From an uncultured bacterium (GTDB lineage Bacteria; Verrucomicrobiota; Kiritimatiellia; PWTM01): DNA of 64,000 nt. The stretch's first letter is position 1; the number at the start of each line of letters is the position of its first letter. A model generated the notes under the pieces. That model had not been told where the DNA came from and ran no database searches. It saw nothing but the letters and a program-made list of their open reading frames with translations. Positions 1-9,145 of this stretch are shown here, one piece after another. The position numbers were made by a program, and so were the translations under genes. The stretch spans positions 5,422-69,421 of the forward strand of contig CAKZPT010000062.1 of NCBI GenBank assembly GCA_937139365.1. The letters are read 5' to 3'.

Positions 1-817
1 CGGACTCGGCCGCCTCGCGGAGAAACTCCTCCGTCGTGCGTTCCGGCGCATGGAGACCGAAGCGATCCTCCACGTAGTGACGCATGATGCGCGACAGCTC
101 GACGTAGACGTACTCGGAGCGTCCCGCCTCGATTGCGCCGCTGCGACGGAGGCGCTCGAGGGCGTCCAGCGCCGCCTGGTCGGGCGGAGGGGGGGGAGGG
201 GCGGGCGGCGGCGGGCGGCGGCGGATCCACCACGCCACGGCCCACGCCAGCGCGGCGGCGCCGGCGGGCACGACCAGAAGCGCCCAGACCCAGGGCGGCA
301 CGCGCGCCGGCCAGTCCAGAGGACTAGGTGGCGGCCGCAGCGCAGCGTCGCCGTTGGTCACCGAGGGCACGATGGCTACCTCCAGCTCCGGCAGCGGCAC
401 GCGCCACGGCTCATTGGAGACCGTTATGACCGTGACCTCGCCGGTCCAGACGCGGTGCGACCCCAGCTCGAACGACGCGATCTCCCACTTGCGCTCCGTA
501 GCCGTCTGGCCGCGCCTTGCCGACGTGGTTAAGGTGTCGGCACGCCGGACGCGGAACTCATTGCTGCGGCCGGGCTCCTCGAACGCCACGGTGGCCCCGG
601 CGGGATGGTCGACGCGGAGTTGAAGGCGAACGACCGCGCCGACGGGCGCGGCGTTGGTGGACAGCCGCACCTCGACGCGGACCGGACCGTTCGAGGCCCC
701 GGCGACTACGGGAGGAAGGGAAGGGCGGCAGCCGGCGGCCAGGGCGGCAGCGGCCAGGGCGGCGGCGCCGGGGCCGTGGCGCCGGATGCCGCGCGACACT
801 GACCGGCCGTGGTGCAC
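1..817 (-). CDS. BatD-like/DUF4381-type membrane (lipo)protein of the MoxR-vWA operon, 3' partial
   Basis: Manual translation from GTG 817: MHHGRS...LAAAALAAGC (lipobox-like), a TM segment PPWVWALLVV, and YVELSRIMRHYVEDRFGLHAPERTTEEFL. Lies directly after DUF58 and runs off the window edge. Confidence 0.7.
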   Translation of the reverse strand, partial: MHHGRSVSRGIRRHGPGAAALAAAALAAGCRPSLPPVVAGASNGPVRVEVRLSTNAAPVGAVVRLQLRVDHPAGATVAFEEPGRSNEFRVRRADTLTTSARRGQTATERKWEIASFELGSHRVWTGEVTVITVSNEPWRVPLPELEVAIVPSVTNGDAALRPPPSPLDWPARVPPWVWALLVVPAGAAALAWAVAWWIRRRPPPPAPPPPPPDQAALDALERLRRSGAIEAGRSEYVYVELSRIMRHYVEDRFGLHAPERTTEEFLREAAES

Positions 818-819
818 GA

Positions 820-1704
820 TCAGATCCCGATGCGCCGCTCCCGTTCCCGAAAGAAGCGCAGCAACGCCCGATCGTAGGGCTCGCCGGTGGAGGCCTCGAT
901 TACATCCACACCGGCGCGGCGAAAGCGGTCCAGCAAGTCGCGCCGCCGTTCGAGGGCGAGCTCGGCCAGCCGACGACGGGTGGCCGGATGCGAGGTGTCG
1001 AGCACTTGGCGTCGGCCGGTCTCGGCGTCCTCCCATTCCACTAGACCTGCGGGCGGCCAGGCCTCCTCGCGCCGGTCGCCGACGACCACGGCGATCAGAT
1101 CGTGGTGACGGGCGGCCGTCGCGAGCCGGCGGGCCGGGAATTCCGGGAGGAAAAAGTCGCTCAACAGAAAGCAGACGGCCCGCCGGCGGATCGCGTGCTG
1201 GAGGAACTCCAGCGCCGGGGCCAAGTCCGTCCCCGGCCTGGCCGGCTCGAAGGCCAGGACCTCCCGGATCACGCGCAGGCCGTGACCGAGCCCTTTGCGA
1301 GGGGGAACGAACCGCTCGATGCGGTCCGTAAAGAGCCCCAGCCCCACGCGGTCGCCGTTCCGGATGGCGGAGAAGGCCAGCACCGCGGACAGCTCGGCGA
1401 CGAGATCTTTCTTCAATTGGGACCGGCTGCCGAACCGGTGCGAGGCGCTCACGTCAGCCAACAGTAAGACGGTCAGCTCCCGTTCCTCGACGAACTTTTT
1501 GACGTACGGGTGGCCCATCCGGGCCGTGACGTTCCAGTCGATCGAGCGAACGTCGTCGCCGGGCTGGTAGTCGCGGACCTCGTCGAACTCCATGCCGCGG
1601 CCCTTGAAGACGCTGTGGTAGCTGCCGGCGAAGACATCATTGACGAGCCGCCGGGAGCGGATTTCGATGCGGCGGACCTTGCGGAAGACCTCGACCGGGA
1701 TCAT
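820..1704 (-). CDS. DUF58 domain protein (vWA-like MoxR partner)
   Basis: Motifs SVFKGRGMEFDEVRDYQPGDDVRSIDWNVTAR, KKFVEERE, DVSAS, LSDF. Start ATG 1704 overlaps the upstream stop (ATGA). Confidence 0.93.
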   Translation of the reverse strand: MIPVEVFRKVRRIEIRSRRLVNDVFAGSYHSVFKGRGMEFDEVRDYQPGDDVRSIDWNVTARMGHPYVKKFVEERELTVLLLADVSASHRFGSRSQLKKDLVAELSAVLAFSAIRNGDRVGLGLFTDRIERFVPPRKGLGHGLRVIREVLAFEPARPGTDLAPALEFLQHAIRRRAVCFLLSDFFLPEFPARRLATAARHHDLIAVVVGDRREEAWPPAGLVEWEDAETGRRQVLDTSHPATRRRLAELALERRRDLLDRFRRAGVDVIEASTGEPYDRALLRFFRERERRIGI

Positions 1705-2087
1705 CGCCCGCCCCCGCCGCGGCGGCGCGGGGCCGGCCGGCGCACGGCGGATTGCCTGCGGGATTTGGCCACGGCATCGGCGAACGCTTTGCCGTGGGCG
1801 AGGATCTGCAGCACGCGCGGCGGGTGCAACATCTGCGTGCGCCACAGGAGTTCAATCAGGCGAAGGCATTCCGCGGTGGACTTCTCCACCTGGGCCCACG
1901 TGGCCGGCGTGCCCTTCGCTGCACCGCCCAGGTCCTTCCATGCCTCGAGGAACCGGCGGTGGGCGTACTCCAGCTCGACGCTCAGGGCCTGGCCGGCGAG
2001 GTCGTCGCGCGGCAGCACCTCGACAAGGTCGCGAACCCGACTGGTGAATCGTTCCGCCGCTCTGTCCAGATCCACGATTTCGTACAT
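1701..2087 (-). CDS. Divergent four-helix-bundle protein (23S rRNA IVP/Avd-like)
   Basis: 128 aa, helical. Pattern DL..AERF...V..L...LP...AEC...IELL....ML. Has its own RBS and overlaps DUF58 by ATGA. Confidence 0.55.
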   Translation of the reverse strand: MYEIVDLDRAAERFTSRVRDLVEVLPRDDLAGQALSVELEYAHRRFLEAWKDLGGAAKGTPATWAQVEKSTAECLRLIELLWRTQMLHPPRVLQILAHGKAFADAVAKSRRQSAVRRPAPRRRGGGGR

Positions 2088-2111
2088 ATCGTCGCTCCTT
2101 CCCGCCGCCGG

Positions 2112-3101
2112 TCAGGGGACCGGCAGCTCGTTGAGAATCCGAGAGATCACCGCGTCGGTGGTGATCTCCTCCGCCTCGGCTTCGTAGGTCAGCAGGATGC
2201 GGTGGCGCAGGACGTCCGGCGCCACGCTTTTCACGTCCTGCGGTGTGACGTATCCGCGCCCCTCCAGAAAGGCGTGGGCGCGCGCCGCAAGGGCCAGGCA
2301 GATCGTCGCCCGGGGGGAGGCCCCGTACCGAACGTACGGGGCGATGTCGAGCCGGAACGCCCTCGGGTCCCGCGTCGCGCCGACCATGTCGAGGATGTAC
2401 TCGCGGATTTTCGGGTCCATGTAGATTTCGTCGACGACACGCCGGGCAGCGAGAATCCGGTCGGGATCGACGACGGGCCGGACGTTGCGCACGATCCGGG
2501 TGCGCGCCTCCGCGTCGAGAATCCGCCGCTCGTCGTCGCGGGCCGGGTATCCGACGCGGACCTTAAGCATAAACCGGTCCACCTGCGCCTCGGGCAGCGG
2601 GTAGGTGCCCTCCTGCTCGATCGGGTTCTGAGTAGCCAACACCAGGAACGGAGACGGCAGGGGATGGGTCTCGCCGCCGATCGTCACCTGCCGCTCCTGC
2701 ATCGCCTCCAACAGCGCGCTCTGAACCTTCGCGGGTGAGCGGTTGATCTCGTCGGCCAGGATCACGTTGGCGAAGATAGGGCCGGTCCGAACCGTGAACG
2801 TTCCGTCGCGGGGGTTGTACACCTGCGTCCCGGTCAGGTCGGCCGGCAACAGGTCGGGGGTGAACTGAATGCGCCGAAACGACGTGTTCAACGCCGCGGC
2901 CAACGTCCGCACCATCAGGGTTTTAGCTAGTCCCGGCACCCCCTCCAGAAGGGCATGCCCGTCGGCCAGCAGGGCGATCAGCAGACGGTCGATCAACCCG
3001 CGCTGCCCAATGACGACCTTTTCGATCTCACCGCGCAGCTCGCCGACAAACGCCGAGTGCTCCCGTACCTGTTCGTTGATCCAGCCAATTCCGCTATTCA
3101 T
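2112..3101 (-). CDS. moxR: MoxR family AAA+ ATPase
   Basis: Walker A EGVPGLAKT, RIQFTPDLLPAD, Walker B LADEINR, ATQNPIEQEGTYPLPEAQVDRF, GASPR. Confidence 0.96.
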   Translation of the reverse strand: MNSGIGWINEQVREHSAFVGELRGEIEKVVIGQRGLIDRLLIALLADGHALLEGVPGLAKTLMVRTLAAALNTSFRRIQFTPDLLPADLTGTQVYNPRDGTFTVRTGPIFANVILADEINRSPAKVQSALLEAMQERQVTIGGETHPLPSPFLVLATQNPIEQEGTYPLPEAQVDRFMLKVRVGYPARDDERRILDAEARTRIVRNVRPVVDPDRILAARRVVDEIYMDPKIREYILDMVGATRDPRAFRLDIAPYVRYGASPRATICLALAARAHAFLEGRGYVTPQDVKSVAPDVLRHRILLTYEAEAEEITTDAVISRILNELPVP

Positions 3102-3287
3102 CCCGTTGCCGCCGTTCCCGCCCGGCCGCGGCGCACCTCCTCGTTCCGCCGCCGCCACCCCGGGCTTGCGAGCGTTCCACCAGCCGCCGCCCGTGGGCCG
3201 GATGACGACTTCGCCGCTGATTTGGACTTCGATCTCTTGACAACGTTCAGAGACAGTCTAACGCTTTTTTGCAAAAAGCTCCAGATA

Positions 3288-3326
3288 TATTTTATAACTA
3301 CCTCTATATCAATGCCTTATAAAATA
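3288..3326. repeat. AT-rich perfect 10-bp inverted repeat TATTTTATAA-N19-TTATAAAATA
   Basis: Arms at 3288-3297 and 3317-3326. A second palindrome GCTTTTT-tgc-AAAAAGC lies at 3263-3279. Confidence 0.6.
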
Positions 3327-3415
3327 ACTTCTTCTTGCCTTTCTCGCATTACTCCTTCACTGTTCGTCGAAAAAGTGGGCTCGCCCTCCTGCGCGAAGAA
3401 GTCGGCACCTTAACC

Positions 3416-4260
3416 CTATTCACGGCGCGGTTCGACACCCATCAGGTGCCGCACGAAAAAGTCCGCCCGCCGCCGCGGCCGTACTCGCTCTCGCCCGCGC
3501 CGTGGCCTTCGCTAGGAAACACGATGAGCTCGAAGTCCTCATCGGCGTGGATCGGCGCGTCGACCACCTGCATCGTCGACGCCGGATCCACGTTGCGATC
3601 ATCCATCGCGCCGACCGTGAGCAGGAGTGCTCTGCGAAGGCGGTGGGCGTGGGTCACGTTGGACCGCTCGGCGTAGTGCGGCCCGACCGGCCAGGCCATC
3701 CACTGCTCGTTCGACCAGATCTTGTCCATCCGGTTGTCATGGCAGCCACAATCGCGGCCGCCTTGTAGAAATCGCCGTGCCACAGCAGCGCGGCCAGCGC
3801 GCTCTGCCCGCCGGCGGAGCCCCCGTAGATGCCCACGCGTTCAAGGTCCATCCACGGTCGGCCGGCGGGCGACGCCCGCAGCCATGCGATCCGGTCGGGC
3901 AGTCCCGCATCCGCGAGGTTCTTCCAGCACACGTCGCGAAAGGCCTTGGAGCGGTGCGAGGTGCCCATGCCGTCGATCCGCACCACCACGAAGCCCAGTT
4001 CCGCGAGTTCGCGGTCGTGCGAATGGACGGCCCACTCCTTTGGCACGAACGCGCCATAGGGACTGGCATAGATGTGTTCGACCACGGGGTAACGGCGGGT
4101 GGAGTCAAAGTTTGTGGGCACGATCAGGATGCCATGGATGTCCGTGGTTCCGTCGCGCCCCTTGGCGACGAACCGCTCGGGCGGGCGCCATCCGGTCGTC
4201 AGCAGCGCGGCCGTGTCGGCACGTTCGAGAACGCACACCAGGGCCCCGTCCTTCCCCTGT
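3416..4260 (-). pseudogene. S9 (DPP IV-like) peptidase C-terminal fragment, frameshifted and 5'-truncated
   Basis: GIYGGSAGG nucleophile, [12 protein letters not shown], Dx[18 protein letters not shown] are split across frames (shifts near 3750 and 3480). Homology stops exactly at the repeat starting at 4261. Confidence 0.88.
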
Positions 4261-4839
4261 TTGGGGTCACGTCTCCAGATTCAAATATCTCAGAACCTCT
4301 CGCAACGCCGAGCGGGCTTCGAGGCGCGGAAGCCAGCGGTGTCGAAAGTGGCGCACCGCCTCGCTCACCGCGGAGTAGTCCATCCCGCCGACCGCATCTC
4401 CGAGTGCGCGGAGGGTCAGGCCGCAATGACGGCGCCCCGCCCATAGCGCGAGGTCCCGCCCTCAATCTCCGTACCGGTCGCGACCCCCCCAGGGCTCCCC
4501 CTTGACTCGCTCCACCCCGCACGGACCACGTCCGGCCAGCTCGCCTCTGCGCGCAGCGATCGCCGCCCCGCGGTTTCCCGCCCGATATGCATGCCCCCTC
4601 GCAGGGCGTCCGCAAACGCCTCGCCCCCCAGCGCCGCGCCCCAGCGAAGCCGTGTCCAGACCGGCTCCGGCGTCCCCTGCCTCAGCCGGTCTTCCGGTAA
4701 ATGCGCTGGCGGCTATGACCGCGCGCCGTGAGGTGATACCGCCCGCCGGCCACGTTCACGCGTAAGGGTCGTGCCACGTCCACCCTTTCTCACACAGCGC
4801 CCCGACGGTCAATGTTTGATTCCGGAGACGTGACCCCAA
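4261..4839 (-). mobile_element. Internally deleted RAYT/Y1 (IS200-like) transposase element with terminal inverted repeats
   Basis: GTG 4777 gives MARPLRVNVAGGRYHLTARGHSRQRIY, then jumps to the C-terminus ...LGGEAF...VERVKGE...GD*GRDLALW...CGLTLRALGDAVGGMDYSAVSEAVRHF...YLNLET*. Bounded by the perfect 16-bp IR TTGGGGTCACGTCTCC / GGAGACGTGACCCCAA. Confidence 0.85.
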
Positions 4840-4855
4840 TCACCCCCAATCACTT

Positions 4856-5164
4856 CATGGCCGTAAAGACCTTCAGCGAGAGGCGAGGTGGGAGGAGGTC
4901 GTGAAGGCGGTTGAGCGTGTAAAAGGCGAGCGTTGGGAGCAGTTTGCGGATCGGTAGGGCGATTGGGGCTGGGACTTGGTCCTGTGGATTGCACGCGGGC
5001 CCGGGGGGATGACATTGAGTGAACTCAGAGAGAGGGCCGGTGGTTTGGATTACTCGGCCGTCAGCGAGTCTCTGCGCCGATTCGATCGAAAGATGATTCG
5101 TCATCGGCAGAGCCGCTCCGCCGTGAAGAATACCCTGCAAATGTTGAATATGGAGACGTGACCC
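4856..5164 (+). mobile_element. Second RAYT-like transposase 3' remnant (HTH C-terminus) with the same terminal motif
   Basis: WEEVVKAVERVKGERWEQFADR*GDWGWDLVLWIAR..GMTLSEL..AGGLDYSAVSESLRRF...MLNMET*. Ends in ATGTTGAATATGGAGACGTGACCC (5141-5164). Confidence 0.82.
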
Positions 5165-5498
5165 ACGACCGCCCATGACCGCATGAGTGGCGCGTCAGGC
5201 CTCCACCAGCAGGTGGGCCGTGCCGCCGCCTGAACCGAGCCGGCTGCCGGCCAGGTCGCAGGCGGCAAACCACGGCGGACACGGACGCTGTTCGAGCCGC
5301 CCGAATTCCGCTGCCATCCGCGGGGGCAGCGACAGTAGATATTGGCAACACAGTTCGGTCATGATTCGGCTTCAGAGAGCTTTTGCGGAATCTCGCGAGC
5401 GGCAAGGAAAAACCGGCCATCGCCCGTCACGCCGTCAGGCGAAATGTTGCAGCGGAGACTGCCGCGCGCGTCGAAATTGTGCCGGCGCGCCATTCCGC

Positions 5499-7826
5499 TC
5501 ACCGCACCCGGATCGCCAGCGAGCCACTGCCGGGGTACTCAAATGGCCCGGCGGTGGGACGCGTCCGATTGCGGCGTTTGCCCAGGTAATCGGTGTCAAT
5601 CTGGAGCGGCATGCCATCGCGGTTCACATACGGAAGCTTGGGGATTTTTGCTTCGCCCAGCAAAGTCGTGGTCACGAATGGGGTCTCCGCTGTGTGGAGG
5701 CGCTCGTCCAATTTCAAGTGGAGGATCATCCGGTCCTGCTCGGCAACGAGCCGCACCGCGGGATTGTCATTGGTCAGGATGAGCGGCCGCGTTTCGTTGG
5801 CGCAAGGCAGCGCGCCCCAATAATAGACGTTGCCGCCGGCCAGCACCGGAAATTCGCGGCCATCATAGCCCCACAACCCGTAACTGCTGATCCAGCGCAG
5901 CTCCTTTAAGTCACCTTTCTGTTCCGCAGTGGGGACTTCGCCGTTGCCAATAAAAATGTTGTTGAAAAACCGGTTGTCCCCGCCGCGGATGACGGCCAAC
6001 CCGGCCACCGTGGTGGAATGGGCCGAATGGTAAGGCGTCTCGCGACTGGGGTCGGGGCGGTTGGTGATCTTGCCGGCGAACAAATTGTGGGCGTAGGCGC
6101 CGCCTTGCGACATGTCCTGCACGCTGGTCGGGGACAGGAAGATATTGTTGTCCACGACAAACGGGCCGTGATTCACCTCGACGAGCAGGTCCGGCCCGAC
6201 GTTGTCGTGGCACAGGTTTCGCGAGACGCGCGTGCCCTGCGTCATCCAATCCAGCCACAAGCCCATGTTGGCGCGGTAGATGTGGTTATTGCAGATCACG
6301 GTGTTTATCGCGCCGTGGAATTTGATGCCGGCCATCTCCGCGCCGGTGAACAGACGGCGCACGTGGATGTCGTGGATGACGTTGTTCTCGACGATGCAGA
6401 AGATCGGACCCAGACTGCCGACGATGCCCGCCTGTTCGCAGTGCGAGATGGTGTTGTTGCGGACGATGTGATGGCCGATGTGCTCAGACGTCCAAGGGAT
6501 GCGAAATGCGTGAGCGCGCTCGATGGTCTTGACGTAGCCCTCGGCGGTGTCGCCGGAGGTGTTGTCATACTCGTCGCCATGTTTGCCCAGCGTGATGCCC
6601 GTGCACATCGAGTGGCTGATGACGTTGTTCTCAATGATCCAGCCCTTGCTCCAATGCGTGCCCAGCAAACCGATCTGCTCGGCCGTCGGCGGCGCCCAGG
6701 GCGTGGCCGCGTGCCGCATCGTGAATCCCCGCACGGTGATGTAGTTGCGGCCCGGTTGGCTGGGATAGAACACGCTTTGGCGAACGTTGATTTCGACGAG
6801 TTGTTCGTTGGGATTCACGCCCTCGAACTGCGCCCAGATTGTGGTGTTCGAGCCGTCAACTTGGGCAAACCACAACTGCGGATTCAGGGCACCGACATGC
6901 GCCTTGCGGAAGATGAGATACAACGTCTTTACGCCGTTGACGGGTTTGAGCCGGGCCGGCAACGTCGTCCAAGATTGCCAGCCGCCCGTGTTCGGCACCA
7001 TGCAGGTGCCAAGCAACTCGCCGTCCGGCGCGTCCAAGCGCAGTTCAATGATGCCGCCTTGCGAGGCCGATGCGGCGCGAATTTCCATCTGCTCGGTGCG
7101 AGGGCCGAAGTCAAATCGGTCGTAGCGCACCCAGTCGCCATGCACAATGTACCCGACGCACTCGCCGCCTTCCGAGCAAGGCGCGTTTTGCGTGCCGCGT
7201 TTTTCAGCAAAATCCGTCGCCGGCACGCGCGGCCGGTTTTCTGTTTCCTTGCCCGCCCGCAACCAGGCAACGTTCAGCAGATAACCCTGAGGACCAACCC
7301 TCAGCCAGGCGGGCTTTGCGCCGCCGGCCAACAGCACCTCGTCGAGGCTGGCCGCCTCCGTGAGCCAGTCACCGTCGAGGTAGACCGCGCCGGTGTGATG
7401 TTTGCGTCCCCTGCCGTCGAACCAGTCGCCGTGGATGACGTTGGTATAGGGATTGAAATCGCCAAAGAACGCGTTGGGCAGTGTCACCTTCCAAACGTCG
7501 TCCTGGACCTTCTCCCAGCCTTTGACCACTTCCGAGCCTTTGATTTCAACCCGCGCGCCGGGCGCGGCCTGATATACGATGCGTTGTTTGTCCGACGTGC
7601 CCCCGCGCGGCGGGTCGATCCGCTCGCGATACACCCCCTCATGCACCGTGATTACATCGCCCGGTTGGGCCAGGTCGGCGGCGCGTTGGATGGTACGCAG
7701 CGGGGCCTCGGGGGTGCCGGGATTGGAATCTTTGCCGGTGATGGCAACGTGCAATTCTGCGGCCGACAGCGTCGCGTGCGCCACGAGCAGCCCGCCGAGG
7801 GACAGTCGATGAATGCATAGCTTCAT
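5499..7826 (-). CDS. Secreted GH120-like beta-xylosidase (DUF1565, right-handed beta-helix) with an inserted CBM6
   Basis: Signal peptide MKLCIHRLSLGGLLVAHATLSA. Motifs APLRTIQRAADLAQPGDVITVHEGVYRE, WAPPTAEQIGLLGTHWSKGWIIENN, GAEMAGIKFH, LWLDW. Internal CBM6-like GYIVHGDWVRY..DFG...IELRLDAPDG...NTGGWQSW. Confidence 0.85.
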   Translation of the reverse strand: MKLCIHRLSLGGLLVAHATLSAAELHVAITGKDSNPGTPEAPLRTIQRAADLAQPGDVITVHEGVYRERIDPPRGGTSDKQRIVYQAAPGARVEIKGSEVVKGWEKVQDDVWKVTLPNAFFGDFNPYTNVIHGDWFDGRGRKHHTGAVYLDGDWLTEAASLDEVLLAGGAKPAWLRVGPQGYLLNVAWLRAGKETENRPRVPATDFAEKRGTQNAPCSEGGECVGYIVHGDWVRYDRFDFGPRTEQMEIRAASASQGGIIELRLDAPDGELLGTCMVPNTGGWQSWTTLPARLKPVNGVKTLYLIFRKAHVGALNPQLWFAQVDGSNTTIWAQFEGVNPNEQLVEINVRQSVFYPSQPGRNYITVRGFTMRHAATPWAPPTAEQIGLLGTHWSKGWIIENNVISHSMCTGITLGKHGDEYDNTSGDTAEGYVKTIERAHAFRIPWTSEHIGHHIVRNNTISHCEQAGIVGSLGPIFCIVENNVIHDIHVRRLFTGAEMAGIKFHGAINTVICNNHIYRANMGLWLDWMTQGTRVSRNLCHDNVGPDLLVEVNHGPFVVDNNIFLSPTSVQDMSQGGAYAHNLFAGKITNRPDPSRETPYHSAHSTTVAGLAVIRGGDNRFFNNIFIGNGEVPTAEQKGDLKELRWISSYGLWGYDGREFPVLAGGNVYYWGALPCANETRPLILTNDNPAVRLVAEQDRMILHLKLDERLHTAETPFVTTTLLGEAKIPKLPYVNRDGMPLQIDTDYLGKRRNRTRPTAGPFEYPGSGSLAIRVR

Positions 7827-7906
7827 ATCGCGGGAGAGTACGGTCGTTGACGCCCAATTGGAAGTTCGGCGGACCGTCGCCGGCCAATGTTTTACTGCAC
7901 CGCAAT

Positions 7907-8261
7907 ATGAACGGCAATTCTGGTCCGCGACGTCGAGGCCTCCGTGGTGCCGGTCGACACCAAGGTTACGCTCATGAAAGGCGAAGCCGCTTACATCACG
8001 CAATCGCCGGGCGGCAGCTACACCGTCATCGTCAACGGCATCATGTTTCGCATTGCGGAACAGGACGCCAACGCGCCGGGCCTGGAGGTCGCGCCCAAGC
8101 CCGTTTCTGCGGCGTCCAGTGGCCCGGTGACACAGGAGCAATTGGACAAGCAGGTCTGGGACTCGCTCAAAACCTGTGACGACCCGGAGATCCCTGTGAA
8201 CATCGTGGACCTCGGGTTGATTTACGATTGTCATCTTACGCTCCTTGGCGAAAACTCCTGA
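7907..8261 (+). pseudogene. sufT: Truncated Fe-S assembly protein SufT (DUF59)
   Basis: LVRDVEASVVP..KVTL..GE.AYITQS.GGSYTV...FRI...VWDSLKTCDDPEIPVNIVDLGLIYDC, then a stop before the TLTxPGC motif. N-terminal frameshift. Confidence 0.82.
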
Positions 8262-8820
8262 TAAGAAATCGCTTTTCAGGTCGCGCGGGCCCCCTGCCCG
8301 GGTGAGACCGTCCAGAATCGGCGTTTTCATGGCGGGGGATTTACCAGAGCACCGGATGGAGGCCAAGACCGAAAATCGGTGGGCGAGCGGACAGGATCCA
8401 GGCGCGATCGCGAAACGGACCGATCCCGCCGCGGGGCTCAGCCGTTCGCGGACGCCACGATTTGCTCGACATCGTAGTCGGGGAACGGGTCGTTGGGCCA
8501 GGGCTCGGTGACCCGTGCTGCAGGCTCGGACGGAGCCCTCGCCGAACTCACGCGCACGCCCAGCTCCCAGAGGCCGAGGTGGCGGAGGATGTGCTCAATC
8601 ACGGTGCGGTCGTCGATGAGCGCGACGATCTTCATCTCTCGCGAGCACCACGAGCACAGCAGCGAATCGGCTTCCCAGACTTTCTTGATGAGTTCGCGCC
8701 ATTTCGCGAAGGTATACGGCGCGGTTTGTGCCAGGAGACGTCGAGGACCTGGACGGCCTGCACCTCCGCGGCACGGGCCTCTTCGGCGGCGCGCTTGTCG
8801 CGTTGACCACGCATTTTATA
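8259..8820 (-). mobile_element. IS91-family (Y2 rolling-circle) transposase C-terminal remnant with probable element end
   Basis: KMRGQR...[frameshift]WRELIKKVWEADSLLCSWCSREMKIVALIDDRTVIEHILRHLGLW...DPFPDYD. The downstream non-coding tail ends in GAAAAGCGATTTCTTATCA at the sufT break. Confidence 0.78.
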
Positions 8821-8908
8821 TTCTAATCTGCTCAGGTAGCTGCTTCAAAGCGGGCGGTTACCTGAGAGAGGTTGGCGGGTGGCACGGATCTGGCGCGTGG
8901 GGCAAGGA

Positions 8909-9145
8909 TCACGAGGTGTTGGCCGTCGGCACAAAGGGGTTGCCTCTGGAGGGCAGAGATAAGGAATTCGGTTGTCCCTTCACAGTCCGCCCGACGAGAC
9001 AGCCGTCCTCGATCCGGAATTCCGGTTTGCCGCCCCGAAGGATCCATCCGTTCGTCGAAGCCCCCTCGAACAGCGGCGGAAGATCTCCGGCGCCAGACAC
9101 CCCCGCACCGACCGCCGCCAGGGCCATCCACACGTGTAGTTTCAT
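8909..9145 (-). pseudogene. DUF1080 (3-keto-disaccharide hydrolase family) N-terminal fragment
   Basis: Signal peptide plus PLFEGASTNGWILRGGKPEFRIEDGCLVGRTVKGQPNS, after which homology is lost. Confidence 0.7.

Noticed and set aside
1701..2087. Diversity-generating retroelement (Avd-like gene)
   Set aside because: No reverse transcriptase and no TR/VR pair with adenine-specific mismatches is visible in the window.
6018..7820. Long antisense or alternate-frame ORFs (also 42103-44232, 39984-41987, 44663-46651, 53514-55397)
   Set aside because: Shadows of real genes in high-GC DNA. They have R/P/G/A-rich composition and no family motifs.
5499..8366. 955-aa ORF as a single protein (and similar N-terminal extensions on fabD, fabH, polB, SGNH and the glyA fusion)
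   Set aside because: The extensions overlap other genes. True starts with a signal peptide, RBS or ATGA coupling lie downstream.
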